64,000 nucleotides of DNA from Octopus sinensis (GCF_006345805.1 NC_043003.1:78492001-78556000); one strand, 5' to 3'. Shown: positions 13,311-25,764, numbered from the stretch's first letter. The notes: generated by a model from the letters alone, not told the origin. Translations and numbers: made by a program.

Positions 13311-13930
13311 CGCTCACGCATTTCCAATACCAGGCGCTTCCTCAGTATGACCTTAGTCGTTATGGCTAAAACATACTAAATAACTAAAAGGAACATAACC
13401 AGTGGTCTAATAATAGATGATAATATACTTTTCAGCCTCGTGGAATAGTACGTATTGTAACTAAAGTGCTTCTCCTTCTTTCCACACTACTCTTTTCTCC
13501 CTCTCTTTCTTTTCCCCTTCATTCTTCCTCTCTCTCTCCCTCTCCCTCCCCCTCTCTCTATTTCTTTCCTTGTCGCTTTCTTTCTCTCTCGCTATACAAT
13601 GGTTTACTTCAGTGATAGCAGTCATATTTTTTAAATCTGGTCTGTCTACAAAAGTGCTCTTCATCATCGGAGTGTTATTTTCCTTCACATTCTGCCACAC
13701 ACACACACACACACATACACGCGCGCGTGCGGGCATATTATACACATATACATACGTGTGCGTATTCGCACACATTCACATATTCATACACGCATGCATA
13801 TTCTCCACATTTTTAGATGTGTACCAATTATATTTTCTTAAAAATGACCCCACAGTAAGTCTTTGGTCTCTTTTTCTCCATGTATCTCTCCCTTATTTTC
13901 TCTCCCTCCTCCTTTCTCTTTCTGTCACAG

Positions 13931-14001
13931 CTTCTTCTTCTTCTTCTTCTTCTTCTTCTTCTTCTTCTTCTTCTTCTTCTTCTTCTTCTTCTTCTTCTTC
14001 T
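13931..14001. repeat. (TTC)n microsatellite
   Basis: About 23 TTC units within a pyrimidine-rich tract. Confidence 0.95.
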
Positions 14002-14166
14002 TTCTCTCTGTCTCTCTCTCCCTCCCTCCATCTCCCCTTCTGTCTTTCTCTTATTTCTCTTCAAAGTGGTTTGTTGCCTGTAAAAACATAAAAGTGTCTA
14101 GTTGAAACCCCTCTCTGTGTATGAGTGTGTGTATGCCTGTGTGTGTGAGTGTGGTTATGTGTATGT

Positions 14167-14201
<35 letters not shown>

Positions 14202-15339
14202 GGGAGGTTTGAGGCCTGAACTAAGAAGGAAGGACTATCTTTAACTTTCCTGTTTAATTTACCATTAACGCTTAATGCAAAATGTATAAACAAAGTAATT
14301 TTATACAGAGCTAAGTCAACATCCCAAGTGAGTATCATAAAAATGGAGAAAGAATATACCGCTCTGTATGAAGGCAGCTTAAGAACCTGTTTCGTATACA
14401 AGTCCACTTATAGAAATGGAGAGAAAAGGGAATGCAAAGCTTTATCGGGACTTGTATAGAAACTGAAAGACATATACATAAACCGCTTTGATATCGAAAG
14501 ATAATCGTACATACTATACCATGCATGCAATGCCATCTCAGTACTGCTGAGAAATACCACATTTTAACAAACCAACGAATGTTATCTCTATGAGTTAAAA
14601 CGAGAGCCTTCATACGATCGGCCAACCTACTAGATGTAATAGCCAAATCTCCTTTAACTCCCTAATGTCTTAACAAAAGAACATAGTCGATGTTTTCTAA
14701 CATTTGCCAAAGGACAGATGCCTCATGGCTAAGGCACCTTTACTCATAGGTCTGTTGTATGCGAGCTTGCATAGGACTATAAAAAAAAAGAACAACCATG
14801 TTTTAACACGGTATTTCGATACACTAAATATAAACATTTGAGAAGAAATGAGAATTAGATATAATTACTGACAGCATGAAGATTACTTGGGAATTATGAC
14901 AGCAAAATAACACCCAGCGGATCTAGAGCAAATAAAAAGAAAAATATCTCAGAGCTGTCTGTTGATAAGCCGGAAGTAAAATACAGGCCTTTTCTAATGA
15001 GACTAAACGTCAAAAACAAATGAGTTAAAAATAAAACATAACAATATCCGTTTTAATATGCTACCTGAAGACCGTCGACTGGCGCGAAGTTACGAATAAC
15101 GTATACAATAGAACAAAAGGCAAACTAGATAAATATTACCCTACTGCACGTATTGAATACTCTTTACTTTGTTACGCAAAACTGAAAATAGGACACATGC
15201 ATATGTTCACAAATAACAAATATCTTTCTTTTTTAGATCTGTTACATTAAAGACATATCTGTGTTTGAATTTAATCGTTTTAATAGATAATTTTTCATAT
15301 TTCATTATTAGATCTTCAAAACGCTCAACAATCTCACCA

Positions 15340-15480
15340 CTAGGAGTGTGGCCAAGTGATTAAAACTTTCAGCTCACGGTCGTGGGTTCGATTCGTGGTC
15401 CGGAAAGAGCGTTGTTCTTAAGCAAGGTACATCATTTCACGTTGCACCAGTTTACTCTGCTGAAGATTAGTATCAGCTTA
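15340..15480 (+). mobile_element. Old CORE-type SINE-D copy
   Basis: TGGCCAAGTG A box, GGGTTCGATTC B box, then TTCTTAAGCAAGG...TTTCACGTTGCACCAG, homologous to 30952-31290. Confidence 0.6.
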
Positions 15481-15789
15481 GTAATGATGCAGTTTTTTTT
15501 TTTACTCCTGCTTTCTTTGATGTTCCATTAGGTGAATAATGAGAGTGACGAGGTATCTATGTCTAGTCATAAATACGCCTAAAACAATTATTGAGAGTTT
15601 AGTACGAGCTATCAGGTCAAACTCGCTTGAGAATGACGGCAAAGCTATAGATTAGATCCTTATGTACAGCGTGAAATAGTAACTTACTTATACCTATTAA
15701 CGTTTCTACAGGTTTCCGAAATAAAGATACTATAAGATCTTCGAAGATACTATAAGATGTTGCACAAGTACCCAGCTTTGAGTGCGTTT

Positions 15790-16231
15790 TCCAGGGTGAC
15801 TCACTATCACCACTCCTCTTTTGTCTAGACTTAATAACTCTCTCAAAATTGCTCAATGATGCACAATACGGTTATAAAATGTTTGATAGAAATATAAATC
15901 ATCTCATTTACATGGATGATTTAAAGCTCTTTGCAAAAAATGACCAACGATTCAAGGGCTTACTAGCGATTGTTAAACAATTCAGTGATGACATCAGGAT
16001 GCAATTTGGCCTCAATAAATGTGCAAAAGCTACCTTTATCAAACGGAAAATGACAGAAACATCTAACGTTAACCTTGACCAGCAGAATGTCATAAACGAG
16101 TTAGAACCAGCGGAGAGCTACAAATACTTAGGGGTAATTGAAGGGAACGAAATCAAACATTCAGTGATGACGAAAAGGATCAGGATCAGAAGAGAATGTT
16201 ATCGCAGGGAGAGAGCAATACTCAAGACAGA
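15790..16231 (+). mobile_element. Internal RT fragment of an R4/Dong-clade LINE (same subfamily as 23600-25681)
   Basis: FQGDSLSPLLF...HLIYMDDLKLFAK...FGLNKCAKA...YKYLG; highly similar to 23815-24250. Confidence 0.9.
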
Positions 16232-16282
16232 TTACGTAATCCCTGTTTTTTAGTCATTCATTAATTATAGTTATTATTATAT

Positions 16283-16660
16283 TGGTTTCAAATTTTGGCA
16301 GAGAGCTAGCAAGTTCGGGGGAGGGGCTAAGTCGATTAAATCGATACCAGTGCTCAACTGGTACTTATCTTATTTAAGGCGGCGAGCTGGCAGAAACGTT
16401 AGCACGCCGGGCGAAATGCTTGGCGGTATTTCGTCTGCGTTACGTTGTGAGTTCAAATTCCGCCGAGGTCGACTTTGCCTTTCATCCTTTCGGGGTCGAT
16501 AAATTAAGTACCAGTTACGCACTGGTGTCGATATAATCGACTTAACGCGTTTGTCTGTCCTTGTTTGTCCCCTCTGTGTTTAGCCCCTTGTGGGTAATAA
16601 AGAAATAGGTACTTATTTTATCGATCTCGAAAGGATGAAAGGTAAAGTCGGCATTTTAAT
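16283..16660. mobile_element. Young SINE-B (+, about 16377-16610) inserted into an older minus-strand SINE-B-like copy
   Basis: GGTACTTAT(C/T)TTAT duplicated on both sides of the young copy; the older copy resumes after it. Confidence 0.8.
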
Positions 16661-16842
16661 GCAGAGCATAAAGACAGAAGAAAAAGCACACAGCATTTTG
16701 CCCGGTTTTGCTGACAATTCTGCCAGCTCACTACCTTGATTGTGGTTACTATATTGAGGTGAGATTGTATTATTGCAAATATGCTTCACATGAAATATAA
16801 CATTGATATTTTCAGACATACAACAACCGAAGAAAAAAAACT

Positions 16843-17098
16843 CACAAGTGAGATATTACCAATAATTGAGTTGACAGTGATTTGAAACGTTCACCACTAG
16901 TTAGGCTTGTCAGATTGACATCTTGACGACGCCAAGTATTGGCAAATCTATGTACAAATAATTTTTTCCGATGGTGACTTCGATGTTTCGCCAGTAATTG
17001 GCTCCTCGGATTGACAGCCTGACAAGACTAGTTAGTAGTGAAATTTTAACGTCACTGTCAACGAAATTCTTATTAACATCTGACTCTACACTTGTGAG
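16843..17098. mobile_element. Degenerate inverted-repeat element (MITE-like)
   Basis: TCACAAGTG...TTGACAGTGA...CTTGTCAG on the left pairs with CTGACAAG...TCACTGTCAA...CACTTGTGA on the right. Confidence 0.55.
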
Positions 17099-17289
17099 TA
17101 TTTTCTTCGGTGATACATATGCAGTTGCATGTGTGAAGAAATAAACTTCACACTTGTTAATCCTAACCCTGTTTGCACTAATACAGTCCCACCTGAACAT
17201 AATAACTACAGTGTGAACCAAACAAATTGACATTCAGAATTTTTTTTCCTTTTTTGTATTTTGTGATATAGATTCATTTTAAAGCTATA

Positions 17290-17590
17290 TTAACCTCCCA
17301 TAAACTTATAACAGCAGAAACATTTTATAAACTCATTTTACAACTAAAACAACTTTCCATTTATGAATTTAATTATGACTACACCAACCTTCCATAAACT
17401 TGTTTATGAATACAATAAGCTTTCATAAATACATTTTATAATTATACCCACCTTCCGTAAATAAATTCTATAACTACATAAGCCTTCCATAAATTCATTT
17501 ATGACTACTTTAACCTTCCATAAACTCATTTTGTAACTACTATAGTCTTTCCTAAACTCATTTTATCACCACGTCAACCTCTCAACAATT
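17290..17590. repeat. Degenerate minisatellite, unit about 31-32 bp, about 9 copies
   Basis: Recurring AACCTTCCATAAA-CTCATTTTAT-GACTAC consensus. Confidence 0.7.
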
Positions 17591-18375
17591 CATTTAACTT
17601 GCCGTCAGTTCATTAAATAAAAGCTCATTAAATAATCTTCAATTTGAAATATTTCATACAATTAGATTTTAAGAATAATTCTATAAATTGTACAATAATT
17701 ATATTATTTAATCTAATTCGTTAATTTTTGCCGATGTATAAATAATTTCTCACGCGTTAATGATATATTTGCTGTGGAATTATTTTTGGTATAAAAATAT
17801 TTTTGATTTTTGTGTAGACGCAAGATTATTTTAATGTATGCGGAGGAGAGGCAGGCTTGTGTGCTAACTAGGATTCCGTTTAATTACCAGCCATGATTAA
17901 GGTCTGATTAAGTGTAGCTGACCGAAACTACACAACAAGAACATACTAGATCTTATTTGCAGCAAGTAAAACAGGACGTTTTTGAAAGTAAGAGAACGGG
18001 ACAAGGGGAAGAATGTTCTTCAGATGAAGAACGCTCCTTTCAATCATGTAATTTAACCATAACTCCAGGTTGATAGCCTCCACACCCACGTCACCCATGA
18101 CTATCAGATGCTCTTTTTTTGCTGATATTTTAATTCTTATCTTGCCAACATATGTTCCATCTTTTTTATGTGAGTTATACTGGGGAATGGTGTTTTTTTT
18201 TTTTTTCCACTTTTTCCTATTTAAACAACGGAGCCTCTTCGTACGTGGTCGCTCGACCAAATAGAAATAATACATATATTCTCTTAAATCGCACCCTTCC
18301 TCCTTAAAAAAAGTACACATTATGTATGTACGTATGTATGTATGTATGTAGGTATGTATGTATGTATGTATATAT

Positions 18376-18429
<54 letters not shown>

Positions 18430-18448
18430 CACATATATATATACATAT

Positions 18449-18503
<55 letters not shown>

Positions 18504-18700
18504 CACACACACATATATTCACAAGGAAGAGTCTTAGAATCTGTCCTCATTAGTAAACAGTTGTTGTTGTTGTTATTGTTGTTGTTGCTTAGCGCCAAGT
18601 CGAATCTGGTCGAACACACAATCCATTGCAATCAAACAATGGCCATCCCATTTTTATTCAGTAATGGTGTACGTCGCACAGGTCATCCATGTAGTCTTAA

Positions 18701-18748
<48 letters not shown>

Positions 18749-18984
18749 TTGTGTGTGCGCGCGTGTTTATAATTTTTATGACTTATTCAGAGAAGGAAGG
18801 GCAGCGCCATGCCTCTTTTCCAGACTTTGCGAAGACGAGAGGAAATTATTCTCAAATCGAATTCCTGACAAAGAAGACTATGTTAAAGGCGCCAAAAAGG
18901 ACACGTGTAGATGCCAAACTTGGTGATGAATTAAGTTTTTCATCCAAGGACAGAGACGGTCCATCGGAGGAGGTTTCACAGCAA

Positions 18985-19132
18985 GTTTCTGACTCTAAAT
19001 TCCTCTCACAAGGCTTTGGTTTACTCTAGACTATAGCAGAAGACATTTGCACAAAGTGCTGGGCAGTGGATCTGAACCAGAAACGACGTATTTGCGAAGC
19101 AAACTTGTTAACTATACAGCCATGTCTGCTGG
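18985..19132 (-). mobile_element. SINE-A head fragment, diverged
   Basis: TCACAAGGCTTTGG...TATAGCAGAAGACATTTGC...ACAGCCA matches the SINE-A 5' half. Confidence 0.7.
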
Positions 19133-19147
19133 ACAATGTAATCCGAG

Positions 19148-19216
<69 letters not shown>

Positions 19217-19218
19217 TG

Positions 19219-19279
<61 letters not shown>

Positions 19280-19287
19280 TAATAATA

Positions 19288-19324
<37 letters not shown>

Positions 19325-19368
19325 GCAACAACTACAACAACGTCAACAACAACAACAACAACAATAAT
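19148..19368. repeat. (AAT)n/(AAC)n array
   Basis: Seen directly; further arrays at 19555-19653, 19841-19912, 20468-20659, 22966-23046 and 23580-23599. Confidence 0.95.
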
Positions 19369-19553
19369 GGCTTCAAATTTTGCTACCACGGCAGTCGTTT
19401 TTGGGGAGTATTACACTGGTACTTAATTTATCGACCCCGAAAGGATGAAAGGCAAAGTCGACCTCGGCGGAATTTGAACTCAGAACGGAGTGACGGGCGA
19501 AATACTGCCAAGCATTTCGTCCAGCGTGCTAACATGTCTGTCAGCTCACCGTC
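19369..19553 (-). mobile_element. Older SINE-B-like copy
   Basis: ACTGGTACTTAATTTATCGACCCCGAAAGGATGAAAGGCAAAGTCGACCTCGGCGGAATTTGAACTC core. Confidence 0.85.
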
Positions 19554-19587
19554 ATAATAATAATAATAATAATGATAAATAATAATA

Positions 19588-19653
<66 letters not shown>

Positions 19654-19654
<1 letters not shown>

Positions 19655-19837
19655 TGTAATGTCAAGTTTTAAAACAAACAATTTTTTTTTAGTCATTCAC
19701 TAGTACAACACTCAATACAAAATCAAATATATGGCACACTAGGCATAACAACAATACGAACTTCCAACCTGTTGTCTCTTGAGGTCTCTGGGTGAGACTT
19801 GGAGCTAACTTGTACAAATATAAAGCAAAAGTCAAAC

Positions 19838-19840
<3 letters not shown>
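19654..19840 (+). mobile_element. 3'UTR-only copy of the R4/Dong-clade LINE
   Basis: ATGTAA plus a 3'UTR homologous to 25490-25681, flanked by (TAA)n on both sides. Confidence 0.85.
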
Positions 19841-19878
<38 letters not shown>

Positions 19879-19912
19879 TAATAATAATAATAATATAATA
19901 ATATAATAATAA

Positions 19913-20467
19913 ATGCCCTGATGCAGTACCAGGCAGTGGCTCTCATGGCTTCTGATCTTAACTGATTGGAAGTGTTATCATGTACATTGTTTTGTCTTAG
20001 TATAAAAGATGGGCTACAGCAAATATTCTGCTCAATACCACAGATTTGCTTGTCAGTTGTTTGACCTTAACCAGTTGAGCATGTCCCTTAGTGGCTGACG
20101 ATACGTGCATCTCTGATCACGAGCAGAAGTAGTGGGGGAGCATCATAGCCATGGTTGAGAGGGATTCTTTGGGGTTTGAATAATTCACCTCTGGAAACAT
20201 GGGTGGTTCTTCAACATCCTTAAACAACCCTTATTCAGGGACCTTTTGAGCGGGATGGGCTACTCAACCTGAAGAAAATTCTAACTGGGCCCCACCTGCA
20301 AGGTCATGTGCTCTTTATCTTGATATGAGATCACCATGTCGCGCACATATGGTTGTGATGCATGTGCCTGGTGTACCCTTATCAGACGGGTAGTCATGAT
20401 GGGTATATATGGGCTTCGTATATTTTACCCCAGTGTCACTTTGATGGCATGCACTGCTCTCTCACTC
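19913..20467 (+). mobile_element. Unclassified ~555-bp non-coding element G, (TAA)n-flanked, copy 1
   Basis: ATGCCCTGATGCAGTACCAGGCAGTGGC...GCACTGCTCTCTCACTC; second copy at 25838-26356; no recognisable B box; orientation inferred from the TAA strand. Confidence 0.75.
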
Positions 20468-20571
20468 AAAATAATAATAATAATAATAATAAATAATAAT
20501 AATAATAATAATAATAACAATAACAATAACAATAATAATAATAATAATAATAAAACAATAACAATAACAAC

Positions 20572-20659
<88 letters not shown>

Positions 20660-20660
<1 letters not shown>

Positions 20661-22868
20661 CACAACAACAACAAAAGCTGGCTGAAAACTTTAACAACGT
20701 ACTAGCAGAGCCAGAGACAATGCCTGAATGGCTCACGAAGGGGAAAACCATCTTAATTCCCAAATCAAATGAAACAGAAAAACCAGAAAACTACAGACCA
20801 ATAACCTGCCTCCCTACTATGTTCAAGGCATTTACTGCAGTGATATCACAAAGGCTGAACAAGCACCTGGACGAAAACAAACTGTTCCCAGAAGAGCAGA
20901 AAGGATGCCGCAAAGGCTCATATGGCTGTAAAGATCAACTAATGATTAATAAAGCCATAACTGAAGACAGCCACAGAAAGAAGAAAGGCCTCGGTATGGC
21001 CTGGATTGACTACAAAAAGGCGTTTGATAGCATCCCCCACACATGGATCCTCGAAACACTAGCCATTAACAAAGTAGCACCAACAATCATAAAATTCATA
21101 GAGCACTCTATGAATAAATGGCAAACAGTCCTACACCTCCAAACAAAAGAGGGACTCATGAAAACCAAAGACATCCCCATTAGAAGAGGAATATTCCAGG
21201 GAGACACGCTCTCTCCATTCCTTTTCTGCTTGGCACTGTCACCTCTATCTGATATGCTAAATAGAACTGGATGCGGATAAATGTTACGGCAAAACGATCA
21301 GCCACCTTTTATATATGGATGACCTAAAACTATACGCTGCAAATGACAAACAGCTGGAAACACTATTAAAGACAGTTCATGGATTTACCAAAGAAATAGA
21401 TATGAAATTTGGATTAGAAAAATGCGCCAAAGTAACCATGAAAAGAGGAAAACTAGTTAAGAGTAACAACATCACACTAGATAAAACCAATGAAATAAAA
21501 GAATTAGACCAAAGCCAAACTTACAAATACTTAGGAATCCATGAACTAGATAAGACACAACACACAAAAATGAAAGAGAAAATAAAAAAAGAATATTATA
21601 GACGAGTTAGATCAATACTAAACACAGAGCTCAATGCTAAAAACAAGATAATAGGTATCAACACTTTAGCTGTCCCAGTTATAAGTTACAGCTACAATAT
21701 CCTTAACTGGACACGAAATGAACTGACCAAAATAGATAGGAAAACAAGAAAAATAATGACAGGATCTAGGATGCATCACCCAAAATCTGACATAGAAAGA
21801 CTATATATACAACGTATAGAAGGTGGTAGAGGCCTTATACAGCTGGAAAACTACTATAAAATAACCACCATAGGACTGCAAAAATATCTACTTCAGAAGG
21901 AAGGAAAACTGATCCAGATAGCGGCAAAACACGAGCAAAACAAAAAACTGTTCTCAGTATTTAAGGAAGCTGACAAATACAAACAAGAAATCATACCACC
22001 TAATAAACATGAAGAAGAAGAAGAAGATGAAGAAACAACAAAAGCTATAAAACAAATGAAATCCCAACTAAAAATAGAACAGCAACGAACCATGATAAAA
22101 CGATGGCAAGAAAAGCTCCTTCATGGTAAATACTGGACTAAACTAAACGCAAAAGAAATAGACAAAGAAAAATCCCAGCAATGGTGAGAAGCTCAGGACT
22201 CAAAGCAGAAACAGAGGGATTTTTAATTGCAGCACAAGACCAAAGCCTCCCCACCAGAAATTACCAAAAACATGTAATGAAAAGAAATATTACAAGTAAC
22301 TGCAGAATATGTGGAGATGGACAAGAAACAATAAATCATATTATCTCTAGCTGCCCAGTCCTGGCTAAGAAGGAATACATTCACAGACATGACAGAGTTG
22401 GAACCTAAATACATTGGAAGCTATGCCAACATTATGGAATAACAACAGAAAAAGATGGTATAGGCACACACCAGAAAAGGTCACAGAAAACGAGAAAGCA
22501 ACCATACTCTGGGATATGCCGATACACACAGATAGAGAAATTAAGGCCAACAGACCAGATATAGTTGTCAGAGACCATGAAGAAAAAAAATGCTTTCTAA
22601 TTGATGTATCAATACCGGCTGATGACAACGTGTCTCTAAAAGAAATGGAGAAACTCTCAAAATACAAAGACCTGGAAATAGAGGTAACAAGAATGTGGAA
22701 TCTGAAAACAGAAACAATTCCTATCATAGTAGGTGCATTAGGCATGATAAAAAATATTCAGACAAATACATAACAAAAACACCAGGACTTACAAACACAT
22801 ATAACATACAGAAAATTGCGCTACTAGGCACTGCACACATCCTACGCAGAACACTTTCCATACAATAA
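20660..22868 (+). pseudogene. Disrupted RT-CCHC-RLE ORF
   Basis: A single frame is restored by a 2-nt fix near 21277, 1-nt fixes near 22185, 22450 and 22752, and one TAA nonsense at 22406-22408; ends ...AHILRRTLSIQ*. Confidence 0.85.
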
Positions 22869-22962
22869 CTATCAGAGCATCACAACAAATCACAGCACAT
22901 ACCCAAGGCACACAGAGCTGCGCTCGGTAGTGAAGTGAAAGCACGCTATAAAAATAAAACTA

Positions 22963-22965
<3 letters not shown>
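20660..22965 (+). mobile_element. R4/Dong-clade non-LTR retrotransposon, subfamily 1, 5'-truncated
   Basis: RT motifs NYRPITCL, EEQKG, WIDYKKAFDS, GIFQGDTLSP, YMDDLKL; CCHC finger CRICGDGQETINHIISSC; restriction-like endonuclease RHD...RPDIV...D..K; 3'UTR then (TAA)n. Confidence 0.92.
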
Positions 22966-23046
<81 letters not shown>

Positions 23047-23047
<1 letters not shown>

Positions 23048-23580
23048 GCTTACAACGAGTAAAGACGGGGTGTTTGCAAACTCCAGAAGGAGTCACCGAA
23101 AATGAGAATTGCAAAATCCTGTGGGATGCAATGATCCAGTGCGATCACCCGACCAGACATCGGAAACCGGATATTGTTGTGTGGTGAATAAAAAAAGAAA
23201 GAACATGTATGATAATCGACATAGCTTGCCCCAGTGACAACAGGATTAATGTGAAAGAATAAGAAAAAATAAACAACTATGACGATTTGAAGTGGGAAAT
23301 ACGAAGGTTGTGGTCAATGAAGAGAGTAGACGTAATACCAATAGTAATTGGTGCACTTGGAAGTATCAGCACTCAACTACCAGTACGGTTGAAAACGATT
23401 GATGCAAGTGTGAAGGTAGAATAGCTACAGAAGTCAGCATTGCTTAAAACTGCAAGAATTCTTCGCAGGGGTTCTTGAAGCGTGACCAGTAAACAAGTGT
23501 CACCTTAGTCTGCTGGCTGTGGACACCTGACACCCTGACACTTTCCATTATACCCAGCAAAATAAACTGTGGGTTTTCAT
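23047..23580 (+). mobile_element. R4/Dong-clade LINE 3' fragment, subfamily 2 (endonuclease domain plus 3'UTR)
   Basis: ENENCKILWD...RKPDIV...IIDIACPSD...YDDLKWEIRRLW...IVIGALG; (TAA)n on both sides; several stops. Confidence 0.88.
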
Positions 23581-23599
23581 ATAATAATAATAATAATAA

Positions 23600-25495
23600 C
23601 GACACAAAAACTTATCAATAGCCCGGATAGACTATAAAAAGGCTTTTGATAGCCTACCACATAGCTGGATTAAGAAATGTCTGGAAATGTATAAAATAGC
23701 ACCTACTCTGCGAAACTTTTTGACTGTAAGTATGAGATCATGGAGAACCACACTAACTTTGAACAGTGACAATGAATCCCTAAATGCTGGTGATGTAAAA
23801 ATTTCATGTGGCATTTTCCAGGGTGACTCACTGTCACCACTCCTCTTTTGTTTAGCCTTAATACCTCTCTCAAAACGGCTCAATGACGCGCAGTACGGGT
23901 ATAAAATGATTGATAAAAATATAAATCATCTCATTTACATGGATGATTTAAAGCTTTTTGCAAAAAATGACCAACAACTCAAGGGCTTACTAGCGATAGT
24001 CAAACAATTCAGTGACGACATCAGAATGCAATTTGGCCTCGATAAATGTGCAAAAGCTACCTTTATCAAAGGAAAAATGACAGAAACATCTAACGTTAAC
24101 ATTGACCAGCAGAATGTCATAAAAGAACTAGACCCAGCGGAGAGCTACAAGTACCTAGGGGTAATTGAAGGGGACGGAATAAGGCATTCAGAGATGAAGG
24201 AAAGGATCAGGAGAGAATGCTATCGAAGAGAGAGAGCAATACTCAAGACAGAGCTGAATGCAAAAAACAGGATCGAAGCGATCAATGCATTAGCCATACC
24301 AGTCGTGACTTACAGTTTCAATATCGTTAACTAGTCAATTACTGAAATATGTCAGCTTGACAGAAAAATACGAAAACTGTTGACAATGCATAGAATGCAC
24401 CACCCTAAGGCAGATACAGAACGACTTTATCTGCCAAGAAAAGAGGGAGGCCGTGGTCTTTTACAACTGCCAATAACAATGAAGATTGCTACAATTGGCC
24501 TAGACACCTACCTGAAAAAGTCTGAGGACTGGATGTTAAAACTTGTCTCAAAACATGAAATCAAGAAAGCATCATACTCAGTAACAAAACAGGCAAAGGA
24601 ATATCTAAGTGAATTCCGAATACAACAAATTTCGGAATTAGAGATAGACATACAAGAAACAAGCACAGAAAAAGCTAGGTGCATGAAAACCAGTGCCAAA
24701 ACTGCGGCCTTAGATATTCTGAATAATAAATGGCAAGAAAAACCTCTCTATGGCAAATACCCAAAGAGAGCGAATAATGCAGATATTGACAAAGCCCTGA
24801 CCCATCAATGGCTAATGGCCTCTGGCTTAAAATCTGAAACAGAAGGGTTTATCATAGCAGCTCAAGATCAATGCCTACCAACAAGAAACTACCAGGCCAA
24901 CATATTAAAGAACGGCAGTAGCCCAACATGTCGTGTATGTCGACAACAAAATGAAACCATTGATCATGTTGTCTCCAAGTGCAGTCTTCTAGCGCCTACA
25001 GAGTACCTCAACAGGCATGATAGAGCTGCACAATATATTCACTGGGTAATTTGCAAAAACCTGGATTTGCCCCATGAAAAAAACTGGTGGGAACACAATC
25101 CACCTCCAGTGCTTGAAAATGACCACATCTCACTCCTCTGGAACTTCACCATTCAAACTGACAGAAAGATAGATGCAAATAGGCCAGACATCATATTGAA
25201 AGACTTCAGACAAAGAACATGCCTCCTCATTGATATGACTGTCCCAATCGATATAAACGTTTCTGTCAAAACCTACCAAAAACTGAGCAAATATAAAGAT
25301 CTTGAAATAGAAATCAGCAAAATGTGGAACCTGAAGACTAAAACAATACCTGTTGTCATAGGTGCCCTGGGAATGATAGCGAAAGGGGATGATTGCCACC
25401 TAACTCAGATACCAGGAAACCCCAAAATGGCAGAAATTCAAAAGTTAGTGCTCATGGGAACTGCTCATATCCTACGCAAAATACTCTCTATGTAA
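23600..25495 (+). pseudogene. RT-CCHC-RLE frame of 632 codons with one internal stop
   Basis: ORFs 23687-24334 and 24380-25495 share a frame and are separated only by TAG at 24332-24334 (W in subfamily 1: ILNWT). Confidence 0.9.
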
Positions 25496-25678
25496 TCCCG
25501 AGGTTTAAAACAAACCCTTTTTTTTTATTTATTAGACATTCACTAGTACAACACCAAAAAACCCCAAATATATGGCACACTAGGCATAACAACAACGTGA
25601 ACTTCCAACCTGTTGTCTCTTGAGGTCTCTGGGTGAGACTTGGAGCCAATTTGTACAGACAGAAAGCAAAAGTCAAAC

Positions 25679-25681
<3 letters not shown>
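23600..25681 (+). mobile_element. R4/Dong-clade LINE, subfamily 3, 5'-truncated, young
   Basis: DYKKAFDSLPH, GIFQGDSLSP, YMDDLKL, CRVCRQQNETIDHVVSKC, RHD, RPDII; 3'UTR then (TAA)n. Confidence 0.93.
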
Positions 25682-25762
<81 letters not shown>

Positions 25763-25764
25763 TA

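Noticed and set aside
17290-17590. CRISPR-like repeat-spacer appearance
   Set aside because: Eukaryotic context; linkers are homologous to each other; no cas genes.
19913-19990. HDV-like ribozyme or U2 snRNA similarity at the end of element G
   Set aside because: P1 and P1.1 could not be built; U2-like matches are only short words with the wrong spacing.
20336-21280. 314-aa ORF fusing element G, the TAA array and the RT domain
   Set aside because: Two of three frames through (TAA)n are open by construction; the N-terminal part is non-coding and the RT is truncated and frameshifted at 21277.
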